Shown one piece after another: positions 47,473 through 60,218 of a stretch of DNA of 64,000 nt; positions within the stretch are counted from its first letter, which is position 1; every line of letters begins with the position of its first letter. The DNA is from Zancudomyces culisetae HAW-14-8 (taxonomy: Eukaryota > Fungi > Kickxellomycota). The stretch spans positions 1,178,001 through 1,242,000 of the forward strand of contig JBNJNM010000012.1 of assembly GCA_052426225.1 (NCBI GenBank), written 5' to 3'. A model generated the notes under the pieces. The model ran no database searches and was not told the DNA's origin. It saw only the letters and a program-made list of their open reading frames with translations. The position numbers and the translations under genes are program-made.

Positions 47473-48234
47473 ATGAACACCCGTGATCCGCCGGACTTAA
47501 ACCAGGATCTACAAGGTGCGCTCAACCAAATAGCCAACGATACTGATCCTGAAAATAGCGGCGTGTTTGGAATAATTTTGAAGGTCCTTGCCTTTTCTCT
47601 GCTTTTTTGTGGAAGGTTCTCAATGGGAATGCTATTGACCGTGCTATTCTCTGTACTTTCGCTGATTCTTTTTCTTGCTGCTGGATTACAGAGCGAACTA
47701 TGTAATGACACTCGCTGCTCACGCTTTGGATACCCTGGACTAAGAGTGAGTGAAAACGGACTCGCATATAAATGGGAATTAAGTAATAGCACGCTTTCTT
47801 GTACTGTTCGTGGTGGGAACACTAAATACTATGCTACATTGGTAAGTCAACCCCTCCAAACTCATGTTTGTGTTTTGATTATTTTTCATCAAAAACACGT
47901 AGTGATATGTGTTAACGGCTGTGTACTGTCTTTTTTTTTTTGATTCAAAAGGTCGTAAACTAAAGAGACCTTTTTTATTTTACTAATATATTTTTTTTAT
48001 CTCTAGAGCCGTGAACTTTATGGGATGCCAGATGGATCTAACACGGGAAGCTACGTGTGCAATAAATGTGTCTACATTAAAGGATACAAAGCCGTAATTA
48101 TGGCTAAAGTCTTGGGATATTGTGATTCTTGTTCAGGTGGAGACATTGGACTGAGTACTGATGCATTTAAACTTGTTTCTGGTGGAAACGATATCGACAT
48201 GGTTCCTGTAGTGTGGAGACCTTGCACTAACTGA
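47473..48234 (+). CDS. RlpA-like double-psi beta-barrel (expansin/loosenin-like) protein (exons 47473 or 47623-47841, 48007-48234)
   Basis: Spliced SC...YYATL|SRELY...CNKCVYI...AKVLGYCDSC...DIGLSTDAF..........VVWRPC. Start codon uncertain. Confidence 0.8.
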
Positions 48235-51200
48235 AAATTCATTTTCATAAAATGATTGGCTTTTCATTTCAGTTTTGCCTTTATCTTTGTATTTTTTTTT
48301 TCAATTATCACTGACTTGTTTCATACTTTACAACTCTAGAATAACACATTACTCGTGCTTCATAACCAACACCAAACGCGAGTCAATTTTAGCTGCTTTT
48401 GACGCAGTTCTTAACGAATTCAACCTTTCAAAGAGTAACGTTTTGCGCATTTGTAGTTTAGATTGGGCGAGTCTTAAATCCTCTTTATTGTGAGTGATAT
48501 ACCTTTGCAGAATAACTGGGTGGTTGAAAACTGCTTACTATCATGTGGCTTTCACTGTTCTAGCAAACTTCCAATCCATAAAAATGATAGCACATATGAG
48601 CTAAACTTACGCAAAGTACAATTTTTGTGTTTAGTGCAGATCGTATTTAGACTAATGTCTGGCAGGCTTTGTATGTTAAAATGCGAATATGTGTATCATC
48701 CATGGGTAGGAAGGGGGGGAGGGGGGGGGTAGTACAGTCATAACTCTGTTTTTAGTTTGATCTACGTCGCTGGTAAATCCATTGCCTTCAATAAAACATT
48801 ATTTTGTGCCCAACCACCAGTACTTGACATTAGCAACTAATGCCCATTTAGTGGAGACCAAAGTTAGCACGATACTAGAAAAGAAAAAAAAGGCTAGCTC
48901 TCTCGCACTTTCCCACTTTCCTATCCTTCCACCTTTTCCTTCTTTCGTGTTCCAGCTATTTTATGAAATATAAGACCTTCTAGCGGCTCATCGAATAGTA
49001 CCCACTATCTAAAACACACTTTATGATTCGTTTTTAAAGACTATATAGTACTAACACTTTGTGATTGGATATTTGCAATAGGTTCTAATTGTGATATCCT
49101 CTAGTACAATCTCTTTTGTTGTACGTGTAAAGTGCTGGTCAAGTGCAACTAGCAATGGCAAGCAATTATATCAAGAATAGTATCAATTGTAACAAACGTT
49201 GTAGTAGCAAATAGCGGCAAATATAAAAATCCCTAACGTCTACAGAACAGAGTTTACACCACATCTCCCCCCCCACCATTCCCTGCACATCTGTTCTAGT
49301 GCCTAGAGTACTTTGTCCCCATTCGATCACAAAAATCGAACTGAGAGTATGATCATTGCTCTTTCTCAATTTATCTATCTACGTTTCCATTGGTAGTTAA
49401 ATAGTGCTAGAAAGCTGAATCCTATCGACCTATTACGCTCGATACTTGTATGTCTTGTAGTAATTTTCTTCATTTGTGATGGTCCCGATGTAGCAAATGT
49501 TTATGCGTGTACTTCAACTATGTACTACTCATTCGTCTGTATTTCCTGTTGGTTAATTTATTGCTTCTCATTATTCATTTGCAGCTTTAACAGCCTATCA
49601 GTACAATTCTGCAACCCAATGGCTGTTCGTTTCTTTATGGTTAAAATAGAAAATTATGAGATTGTTTGTTCTAGATGCAGATGAATTCTACAACTCTTTT
49701 TATTTTTTTAACCAGATACATTCCAAGTAATTCTGTCTAAAAAAAAAATAGTTGTCTGGGGCCTGGAGGTTTTTTTTTGGGTAGTTTGAAAAAGCAGAGT
49801 CACAAGGCTTGTAGCGAAATGTGAATAGTTTATCTAGAACGCGGCCCATTTTCCACGTGTAACCAGTAGAATTGGTGTTTTCGCTTGAGGTTGGTTGAAT
49901 TTTCTCCTCGAAAAACGGATTGCAGAAGCTGGTAATAAGAAACCCACGGCTTTTGGTGTTTCGTGGCCACCATTTTATATTACAACCCACTGCATTTTTT
50001 TAATGGCTAAAGCTGCATGTATGTGATGATCAAAATTTACACTACCCTCCCTCTCCCTCTCCCTCCCCCCTCCCTCCCCCCCCCCCCCCAAATTCTAGAA
50101 GTAAAGGAACTTGAAATAAAAAATTAAAAGTGCTGGACAAGTGAAAAATGTGTCAATAGAATTCAAGATGAAATAAATGACACAGTGGTATTCGTTTTGT
50201 GGACTTAACCAAAGTTATTTTTTGGATGCACGAGGGGCGGCAGCAGATAATTAGATGAAAAAAGATCTCTTTTTTTTTTGATTAACAGCTAAGTGTCCTT
50301 TCCTTCCCAATGAAACGGGATCGTTGGAATATATAGCTTTTTTTTGATATTCATACAGCACAGAAATGTGTATGAACTTGATATTTACAGGCACAGAATA
50401 TTGTAGCTATCATCATTATAACACTAACCCAGAGCCTAAAGCGGTTTTTTTTTTTGGTGAAATTAAGGATCCTACAATTGTATTTTTTTTTGCTTAATGA
50501 TGTGCAGGTGTGACATAATTTCTAATATTCATGCAGTTCTTATAGCTGCTTTATTGGAGGAAAAACAATTTGCGCTGTATATGGCTTCAAGAGACGTATT
50601 TGCCGCTTTCATTTGTAGAATATGTTTAACAAATGTTCAAGTCAGAGGAAGAGACATTTAAATAGCTGTGTTGCGCCAATTTCTTGGATTAGCCAGATCT
50701 AAATTTCTACAAGCTCTCTTAGTTGATATAATATAGTTTAGAAACGACGCCGAAAAAAAGGCAAAATACCTGCAGTAACATCGGGCTGTACCACTAGCAA
50801 TACACTAGGATAAATTTAAAGCTACTATTGATGTTGTTTAGTCGCAACCTCAAACCCCTAGTCTTGTGATTACTATTGAATAATTGGATCAAAAAAGAAA
50901 AAGTAAAGGGTAAGTCACATGAGTTTGGCCTTTCAATTACATTTTTAGTTGCTTATTGACACCATATTAGCTAATGGTATTCCGGCCTGCTGCTTAAGTG
51001 CGGTCCAAAGGAAGTACTTGAAAGCAGTATTACTTTTATGGTGGTTGAAATACACTGAACTGGTAACGCCAAGCAGATTTTATGATCTCCAGCGCACATG
51101 ATAAATGTTGGTTGTTGGTTGAGTTTTATCTTCCTATTCAATGAAGTGGGTTGTTATTTTACCCTCTTCATGTTCGGCGGATCCTAGTGCTTTTTTTTTC

Positions 51201-52624
51201 CAGTTTGTTTGCACTGGTGGCAAAAGATGCATCAGCACCAAATTACGTAATTCCGATAAACAAAAAAAAAATAGATGACACCAAAAGTGTTTAGACAGAG
51301 GGAGGTATGAAGGGATGGAGGATGGAGGATGGAGTATTTTATTATTACTGGAATTGCGGTAGCGATTTATGAGTTTGGGGGGATGAAGAGGCAGATAGTA
51401 TTGCGATGTGCAGAACAGGTGCGAGAATTGTACAGGCGGTATTTGTAATGACATTGTAATATTTGTACTATTGTGCACTACATACATCTTCTGTTACATA
51501 AAAGACGCAAATAAAGCGGCAATTGTACAAATCAAGTAGAGGGCGGTGACATTTGGACGCAAAACATAATCTCGTTTATTACCATGTGCACCTGATCTCT
51601 CTCTTTTGCTGTGCCAGTGGTATTTGATCCCCTTCTTCCTTTTTCCTCCATCTTCTCCCATCTTTTCCTCTTTTTCGTTCGGAGTATGTTTACATGTATA
51701 AAACACGCGCTGAAAACAGCCAACAATATACAATTACTGAACAACGAGCCTCCCTTTCTAACTCCGGGAAGGGAAATAAGTTGCGACTTAAATCTAGTTA
51801 AAATGATGAGGAAAAGAAGAAAAGAGTAGCTGTTTTTGTTTCTGAGGATGTCGATCTATACTTTTCTTAAAATTAAAATTTATTAACTCGTGCCCGGATG
51901 TGGTCTAACTCTTGTTTTACTAAATTATAAATTGCAACACGTATTTACTTATATTTGTGCGAATACATTAGGACTAACTGGCGTGTAGTTTTCAACAGAG
52001 TAGAAAGGATAAACCGAGAAAGTATCAACATATAAATAGCTAACTGGAACCGGTATTCCAACCATTTTCAAGGTTTTGGTATTATAACGACTAGTACGAA
52101 AAAAGAAATCTATAAAACGCACTATAGCTTTTATAGCCGTATATAAATATACACGAACATATCAACAAGGTAAGATATTTATACTGTATACTTGTGGATA
52201 TTTGGATCATGGAAGGGTGGTTATCTGATAGATAACCTTTGAAAATTTTTCGCATTATTTTCGTTAAATTTCCAACAATGCTGTTATGCATACTGCTCCA
52301 GCGTAGGCTATTATGATATGTATTTTTTTTTTGTTGTAAAGATGCAACGTAAATGGGGAGACTGGTATTCCAGTTTTACTATTTCCTGTCGTTGATAACA
52401 TTTCATTTACTCAAAATGTGTTAATATACTGTATTAAGCCTAACAAAAATATAGTTATATAAGTCTACACATCTACACATCTATCGATTTGTTCCAATAT
52501 CCATCTATCCACTCTTGATTTTCATTGTTTTACTTGTCTCCTGTATTTTAGGGAAGTGCTTTAAAGTTTCTGTTATGATAACACTTAATACATGTATCCT
52601 ATTTAGATCAAATATACCATCACG

Positions 52625-55282
52625 ATGAGTCAGACAACACCCTTTCACATGCCAGAGCTTAATAAACCGGCACCAGAACTGGGAATAAAAAGAAAATCTA
52701 ACAGTATCGCTTTCGTGGAAGGAGGACTGAGCGCTTACAAAAAAATAATGACAAATCTCGATTCTACCAAAGGTAATAAATAAATAAATAAGATCTCGTT
52801 GTCTATACACCTAAACTATTGAACTTTGATACTTCTGACATTAGTAGCTTGTAAATATCACTAGCTGCTGAGTTTATACGTAATTTTCGTACTAACAACA
52901 TTTTTAACTAACCCAATCTTTAGAGTCAAAAATACCAGAAAAGATTAATAGAGAAGGAGCATTTGACTGCTCTGAGGATATCCTTAACTGTATTGTCAGT
53001 GTTCCCACAGAATACCCCACTTTTACCGAAAAAAAGCTTCTAAAGGGTACGTTACTCATTTTTATACCTATTGCTATGTTGTCTACATAAACCTGCTACT
53101 ACCCTTACAATTGAGTATGCTAACTTAAAAATATATTAAATAACTATAATAATAGCTGATCCCTTTGGACAAGAAAGAAAACCCACTCACTCTGTTCCAG
53201 AACTAAACAAGGGAATTGGGTATGGAAGCTTTGCAGTATTTGAAGATCAAGTGAACGGTAAGGCTCAAAACAGTATTGAAGCCAGCAATCTTATTCTACC
53301 CAATAATCAGCTACCCGTGTTTAACACCAGCTGTGGCGCTCAATTAAATCTGCTAAGAAACATGAACTACATCAGTGATCCACTGGCTAATGCATATGGA
53401 ATGACCAAATCTGTCAGTAATTCATATGAAAATCAGAGTATGCCCACAGACGATTCTAATGGCTCGTTTAATGGTGCAAATTTTGGAGTTTCAAATATTT
53501 TTGGATCTTCTCAGGGTAAGTATATTTTACAATAATGATATATCTAACGTTTCGACTTTCCGAGATTTAAACAGCCTTGATTCCTAAGCTGCTGGTTACA
53601 AATTTACTAATCAACATAAAATCTTTATTAAAAAAAAAGTTTTAGGAAATGGTGGCATTAGAGGCTATATGAGTGGAGATGGATATATAGAAAATTTCCT
53701 GCTAAATAGTCAAAGGAGAAACCACCAGAGTTCAGTTTCGGGCGATTCGGATTTTTCTAGAAAGGTAGTTAATCCCATTGATGGTAGGATTAATTCCGCA
53801 CTGCAATTTAACAACAACTATAGCCAAGTGGCTAGTACATACTTAAATAATTATATCGGCGATGAAAATTCGCTGCAGCTACCCAAGAATTTAGAGAGTG
53901 GTAGTTTTAACGCGTATTTGAATAATTATAAACATGGAATGAGAAGATACACCTACGGGGGTGAGGGGCTATCTAGTTTTTATGGAAGTGGTACAAACTC
54001 GAATGCAGCATCACTTATCACAAGACCAATTCCCTTGATTCCAGGTGTTACAGTTAGTCCCAAAGAGAAACCAAGACGAATGTCAGTACCGGAAATGAAC
54101 GAGTTTGGATGCTCAGCAGATTTTGGCGAAAATAGGTCGGGTAATAGTGATAATGAAAGTGGGTTTGAGACACAGGGAGATGGGGACATAGCAAAGGACG
54201 GAAAGAGTGATAAGGAATCTGATACCACAAAGCCAAGGCGGCAGAAATTAAGATTTAGTGACGACCTATACACACCTATGTGGGTAAGGAATACTGGGCA
54301 GCTAAAAGAAGGGTTTTGTGATACTTGCAGCCCTGGAAAATGGCTTCAGTTGAAAAATAGCGCCTACTGGTACCATAAGCAGTTCTACCATGGGATTTCT
54401 TCGGTTTCAGGAAAGCCATTTGTAAAACCACTACAAATTTGCCAAACATCGAATGACACCGTGGAGGGGCTATGCCACCAATGTCACCAGTGGATTGTAA
54501 TTGCTACCTCTAAAAGGCAAAACAGCGTTTTATGGTTTAGGCATGCACATAAATGCCATGTCTACCACAAACCCAAAACTGTTGAAAAGCCAGTTTCGTC
54601 TCTTAGCTCTACTGATATGAATAACACGTTTTCTTCGAATGAAAATAAGATGAATGACTTATCCGTTGGATTTAGCTTGAGTAGCTACACACCTGCTCCC
54701 TCTCAACTTCTTTTTGGAGAAAGTACTTCAAAAAGCGAGAAAACACAACCAAATATTGCAGTAAATTCCTTTAGAGCTGATAAATCAGGAAGTATTATAG
54801 ATGATTATTGCAGCTTGGGTACAACACAAGCCCCAGTACCTCATAATAGTACAGAAAATACATACTATTCAAAAATAAAGTCAGAGAGCGTTGCTAGTAA
54901 TAATATGTTAGAGAGTAGTAGCCAGGCATCGAGCAGCCAGAATATGTTTACAACTGCTGATATTACTACAAATCAACAGCACTCACGTTCAACTTCGTTT
55001 AATGGTTTACAGAGCCCATCTGACATTCAGGGATTGTCAAACTCAATGCTGGGCAATGATCAGACTGGGCTATTCGACGTTTTGAATCAATCGAGCTACC
55101 AAGGGACATACAGCGCAAGTAGTAGCAACGACTCCTCATTCTTAAATGGGACCACTGGATTGTTGCATCAACCAGACATGAGCGCCAACCTTTTGCTTTC
55201 AACTGCTTCAAGTTCTGAAAACTTACCAATAGAATGCCAAGACAATCCCTTTAATGTATTGGACTTGAGCAATATAAATTGA
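52625..55282 (+). CDS. DUF4451/Rua1-C (Meu26-like) putative transcription regulator (exons 52625-52772, 52924-53046, 53156-53515, 53646-55282; further 5' exons possible)
   Basis: RRQKLRFSDDLYTPMWVR..GQLKEGFCDTC..GKWLQLKNSAYWYHKQFYHGIS, EGLCHQC..W, WFRHAHKCH; in-frame GT-AG junctions. Confidence 0.85.
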
Positions 55283-55539
55283 TCCTGGATATCAACCATT
55301 GCTCTAAGCCCACCCTTTTTTCTTTAGAACACTTATAATTCTGTAGATATTTCTAGTCAAATACAATACTTTTCGCAATATTTGGGTACCAAACACATTG
55401 ATCAAACTGTGTACGTCTCAACCTTATAATTAGATTAATGGTGAATCTTGTGGTGGTTTTTTTTCTGACTTTGTGAGTATTATTACATCCTTTAAGGTGT
55501 TTTCTAAAGACTGTTTGTGATTCGGGATTTGGAGAAAGA

Positions 55540-55802
55540 AATCTTTTAGACGACTCCTTAGAAAAGGGAGTCACAAAAAGATTGGCTTTAATCTACCCGT
55601 TAAGAAGAGAGAAGCCGAAGTACCATTCTTGGTTGACCTGGGAACAGCAAGATTCTTGGTTAGAGTATGTCGATATAGGGTGAAAATCTTAGACCGACTC
55701 AGAACAGAAACAACCTTCTTGAATCAAGGCCTGGTGGGTATAGAGTCCCTAGAGGGACGGAGCAGGATTGGTTAGGTACTTGTCATGTATGATTATTTTT
55801 TT
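55540..55802 (+). ncRNA. Candidate structured ncRNA (about 260 nt, multibranched), family unassigned
   Basis: GC-richer island with nested stems: AATCTTTT/AAAAGATT plus GACTCCTT/AGGGAGTC; GGCTT/AAGCC; AAGTACC/GGTACTT enclosing a GAAA-capped hairpin and GTCCC/GGGAC; followed by T7. Confidence 0.4.
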
Positions 55803-56204
55803 CTTAGTTTTATGTGATGTTTATTTAATAAATTCAGTTATCAAAAAAAAAACAGCTTTATGTGGTATTTGCCTTATAACCCCATCATGTTGCAGAAAAA
55901 AACATATAAAACACCAAAGAAAAGCCCCTATAGCATTTTCCAAGTCAATTACTATATATCATATTAGGGACCCATACCTACCAGGTATTAGTTCAAGAAC
56001 CGATCTCTTTACAAACTTTATTTTTTTCGTTTTCTAAAAAAAAAAAAACAGAACCCTTTTCTGAATTCAAAATAAAAACTGTCAATCTCCCAAAAAGCTA
56101 ATACACACATAAAGACATGTAAACACCATGGAAATCCAGTTGTAAAGCTCTTTTGAAAAGCAAAAAGATACTACATATTGAGAAGATGGCCGTTTTAATG
56201 AGAG

Positions 56205-56933
56205 CTAGTGAGAAAAACCACCTCTCCCTCCTCTTGTGCTAAAGCCGGTGTTCCCGCCTCTTCGTCCACGCATATTTCTTCCGCGTCTGCCTCGATCACC
56301 GGTTCCACTTGCACCACCACCTGCATTCCTACTACTGCTCACCTCTTCCCATGCCTTTTCTATTACCTACAGTTCATTTTTTTTCTTGTTTATTAACACT
56401 TGTGGCTGATACGCATATATAAACAGACAACTTACCTGATCGGGTATTCTTAAGTACTTTATCATATTCCCTCTAATGTTAATTTCAGGTAATCTCCAAA
56501 ATTTATCTCCACTCTAAAATTATTACATTGGTTGCGTCAAAATATATAGTCTTAAACATCAGTAGAATAGGCTGGTTCAAGTTAATCGTACCGGTGATGT
56601 TTGGATAACCTCTCTAAGCGCCAAGTTCATGAAATTATCACATTTCTCCAGATGACCATTTATTGTCATTCCATCTTTAAGCTCTACAAGCTACAATAAA
56701 AAGAATGAGATGTTAGCTCTAACAAGTGTGTAAAAATTCTAGCTGAAAACGATGTGGACATAAAACATTTACATAAACTTTAACTTTTACTTACCACAGG
56801 ATGCCCCACAGCTATATTAAGTAGATTCAGAGGTAGCTAATGATATATATAGCCATTCAAATTCGTTATTAAAGATTTTAAAAAAGTAAAGCTGGGTAAC
56901 ATGCACCGGATTCTATACAGCAAGACTTACCAT
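56205..56933 (-). CDS. LSM4: U6 snRNA-associated Sm-like protein Lsm4 (exons 56933-56931, 56836-56795, 56690-56592, 56513-56436, 56366-56205); absent from the ORF track
   Basis: M|[14 protein letters not shown]|[33 protein letters not shown]|[26 protein letters not shown]|VIEK...RGG tail. Confidence 0.96.
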
Positions 56934-57410
56934 CTTTGAATGGTCTTTGATCTATCTCATTGAATCTCGTGGTAAATTACCAAATTTATACTTACGATGG
57001 AATGTAGTAAATTATTTTTTTTAAGAACTGTTTTTTGGAAAATAAAAAAAAAAGGGTAATTGGTGTTGGCACCACAGTTTAGGCTAGAATGTCATTGGAA
57101 TGACAGGTTTTATGGGCTAAGCTGGGATTTGTTGAATGCTGCATTTTTAGTGGCTAATGTTTTGGCAATTTTTTCTTTCGTTTCCTTTGCTTCCCCCAGG
57201 CTTTCCACTTTATATTCTCCATATATTTTCTTGGTAATCAGTTCATTCGCCGCGCTTTTAGGATCTTTTTTTTTTGTAGTTGGTTTGTATGGTGCCGAGA
57301 TAAAGCTAGAAAAAAAAACTAGAAAAGTAAGTTAATCACAAATATATTTCATTGCCTAAAAAGAGATTTGAATAAAAATAATAATAAAACACAAGGCGAA
57401 ACACTGAAAA

Positions 57411-58357
57411 ATGAGTCAGAGAATCTCCTCAAAAATACCTGCGACATTATTCGGGTTGAGTGTTGCTGCTGGTCTGATTAACGCATCGATGTTTGATGGT
57501 AAGCTATATTTGCTTTTATACTAAGAATCAATTTATTAAAGATTGGATTATTCATGCTGTTGAATTTGTTTCTGATCTTGAATTTAAATTCAACATTCAT
57601 AGTGAGAGGAGGATACAAAGCGGTGATTTTCGATAGAATACAAGGTGTTAAAGACAAAGTTATTTCCGAAGGAACACATTTCTTGATCCCATGGCTCCAG
57701 AAGCCTATAATCTATGATGTCCGCATTCGTCCAAGAAACATCTCCACCACCACTGGATCCAAAGACATGCAAATGGTTAGCATAACCCTTCGAGTGCTAC
57801 AGCGACCACAAGTCAATAATCTTCCAAAATTATATAGTACCTTGGGCCAAGATTATGACGAACGTGTTCTGCCTTCTATTGGTAACGAAGTGTTGAAAAG
57901 CGTTGTTGCCCAATATGACGCAAGTGAGCTTATCACACAACGTCAGGTTGTTTCCAATGAGATCCGTAGACTGCTTGTAGCCAGAGCCGCTGATTTTTTG
58001 ATTGTTTTAGACGACGTATCGATAACACATTTGACTTTTGGAAAGGACTTTACTGATGCTGTAGAAAAAAAACAGATTGCTCAGCAAGAGGCTGAAAGAG
58101 CTAGATTTGTCGTTGAAAAAGCCGAACAAGAGAGAAACGCCGCTGTTATTCGCGCAGAGGGTGAAGCGGAGGCCGCAAAGGTTATCTCCAAAGCTCTTGA
58201 AAGCGCCGGCCAGGGCCTCTTGCAACTTCGTCGCATTGAAGCTGCTCGAGAGATTGCACAAACCTTATCAAAATCCAGAAACGTTACTTATATTCCTTCA
58301 GGTTCTTCAGGCAGCTCTGGTAGTACTAACATGCTTTTAAATTTGGGAAATAACTAA
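57411..58357 (+). CDS. PHB1: Prohibitin-1 (exons 57411-57498, 57603-58357)
   Basis: Spliced SMFD|[74 protein letters not shown]. Confidence 0.96.
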
Positions 58358-58493
58358 TATCCATATTATTTTTGCATTTTGGTTTCCAGACTATTATTTT
58401 CACTGAACATAAAATAAAACAACAGGAAACTAAATAATCTTGTCTTTATCGAGTAGACTAAACATAAAGATATCGATAGAAATGGGTTGCTAA

Positions 58494-59930
58494 CTACGCA
58501 AATTCACTGCTGGTGGGATCCTCATTTTCACTAGACTCAGTAACAACATTATTTAAATGCTCGTGTGTCTTAGCTACGTGTGTATTATTCTCATCTTTAT
58601 TAGTCGACAATGGTTTGTCGCTGCTTTTGTTGTGCTCTTGATTGCCATCTTTATCTGTGGCACATCCGTTTAAGTGTTGCTGCATATCGCTTCCGATTGA
58701 AATACTTGAAATAATGCAAGGTTTTTGGGTATCATAGCCTCCAAATATTGTTGTAGGTATATCAAGCACTTCAACTAGGTCTGCCGCTATTTTTCGGTAC
58801 TCATATGTATCTAGCTTGAATTTTTTCTCGAAAGAACACCCATCAATGCCACTTATAGCAATACCTGTGTCATTCGGATTAATATGGATACTTGCTCCAG
58901 CCTCCATGTTCTTCAGAAAGAAAGCATCACTACCATTGCTTATTTTTCTTGGAAGTCTATCAGCATCTAAATAAGGGGTCCGTGTATAGTCTGCTGCTTG
59001 CTTTGCAGGTTTAGAGCCACCGCTCAAACTGTGATGATTTTTATCTAGAAAAATATCTTTTGTGGCGATAACAGCTCTTGACTTGTTTTTCTGTTTGTTT
59101 TCTAGATAATAGTATTTGGTTTTAGTTTTTTTTAGTAGTAACATTTTTTTGCTCTCAAAATGCTAGCATAAATTCTTACCCAATATATCTTTGTATTCGG
59201 CACCCCAAGGGTAATTTTTTAATATGCGGCTTATCAGGTTCTGGTCAACGGTCTGTTTCAATTACATATCACTTTAAATTGCAATTTTATAATATATTTG
59301 ATTATGATGCGCACAAGAACTAAACATGATGCGTTTACTCTAATACCTGTGCCAAACACTAAACATACAATAATTTAATTATAGTGACGTATAATACCTC
59401 TTTACATCCCTTGTACTTTTTGCTGCAAGCTACATAATCATCTCTGGGAATAATATCAATTAAAAAATCGAACATCTCGCTTTTAGCAACAGCGGTAACA
59501 ATATCAAGCCTTTGTACTGTTTTTCTTTTGTTTTCAAGAGCATTAGTCCACGCACGTTGGCTTATTTCGGCTATGAGTACTTCACATGCCTTCGAAAACA
59601 GAATTGGTACGTCGGAGGATATCATCTATAATTTGTAGTGGTATATACTTTTACTGGTTTCTAGCATATAGTATTGCTTTATAGCCGCGTGATCTTTCTC
59701 TCTCTCTCTGGTTATATATAAATCTATCTTCTCATCTTGTGTTTGAAGGAAAAAATGCCAAATATATTATTTAGAGTGTATACCTTAACGTCGGGATCGG
59801 ATTTCATGACTTTTTTTATCCGAGCTAATGGCAGCGAAAAGTTTTTAGAAGAAGGGTACTCGTATTGAAGCTGCCGTACTTGCTTTTCCCAGAATTTATC
59901 GAGTAAAAACGGTTCTGAACTCATTATCAT
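58494..59930 (-). CDS. HAP5: CCAAT-binding factor subunit C (Hap5/NF-YC), 4 exons
   Basis: Histone fold LPLARIKKVMKSDPDVK|MISSDVPILFSKACE.LI.E...RAW.....NKRKTVQRLDI..AVAKSEMFDFLIDIIPR; downstream exons join in frame. Confidence 0.92.
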
Positions 59931-60174
59931 GTACAGTTATACATAAAATTGTGATAATATTTGCTCAACTTTGCCCATAAAGTTAATTACTGAATCTTTG
60001 GTTTGCCACTGGACTGTTAGTGTTTTTTATGTGATGATATTATAATCAACTCCTGCTTGTTTATTGCTAGTATGTCAAAATAGTGCATAAGCTAATAATT
60101 TTTCATAATAAAAAGGTAATGTATACATATACCACTGTTACAATCCTATAAACTGTATATATGCGTGAATGTGT

Positions 60175-60218
60175 GTTTATCTATTTATGTTTATCTATTT
60201 ATGTTTATCTATTTATGT
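60175..60218 (+). repeat. 14-bp tandem repeat, about 3 copies
   Basis: (GTTTATCTATTTAT)x3 upstream of HAP5. Confidence 0.8.

Noticed and set aside
52978-52988. ATATCCTTAAC, resembling a U12 donor or branch site; similar GTATCCTTT on the - strand near 61305
   Set aside because: The first lies inside an in-frame coding exon bounded by normal U2 sites; the second has no associated gene.
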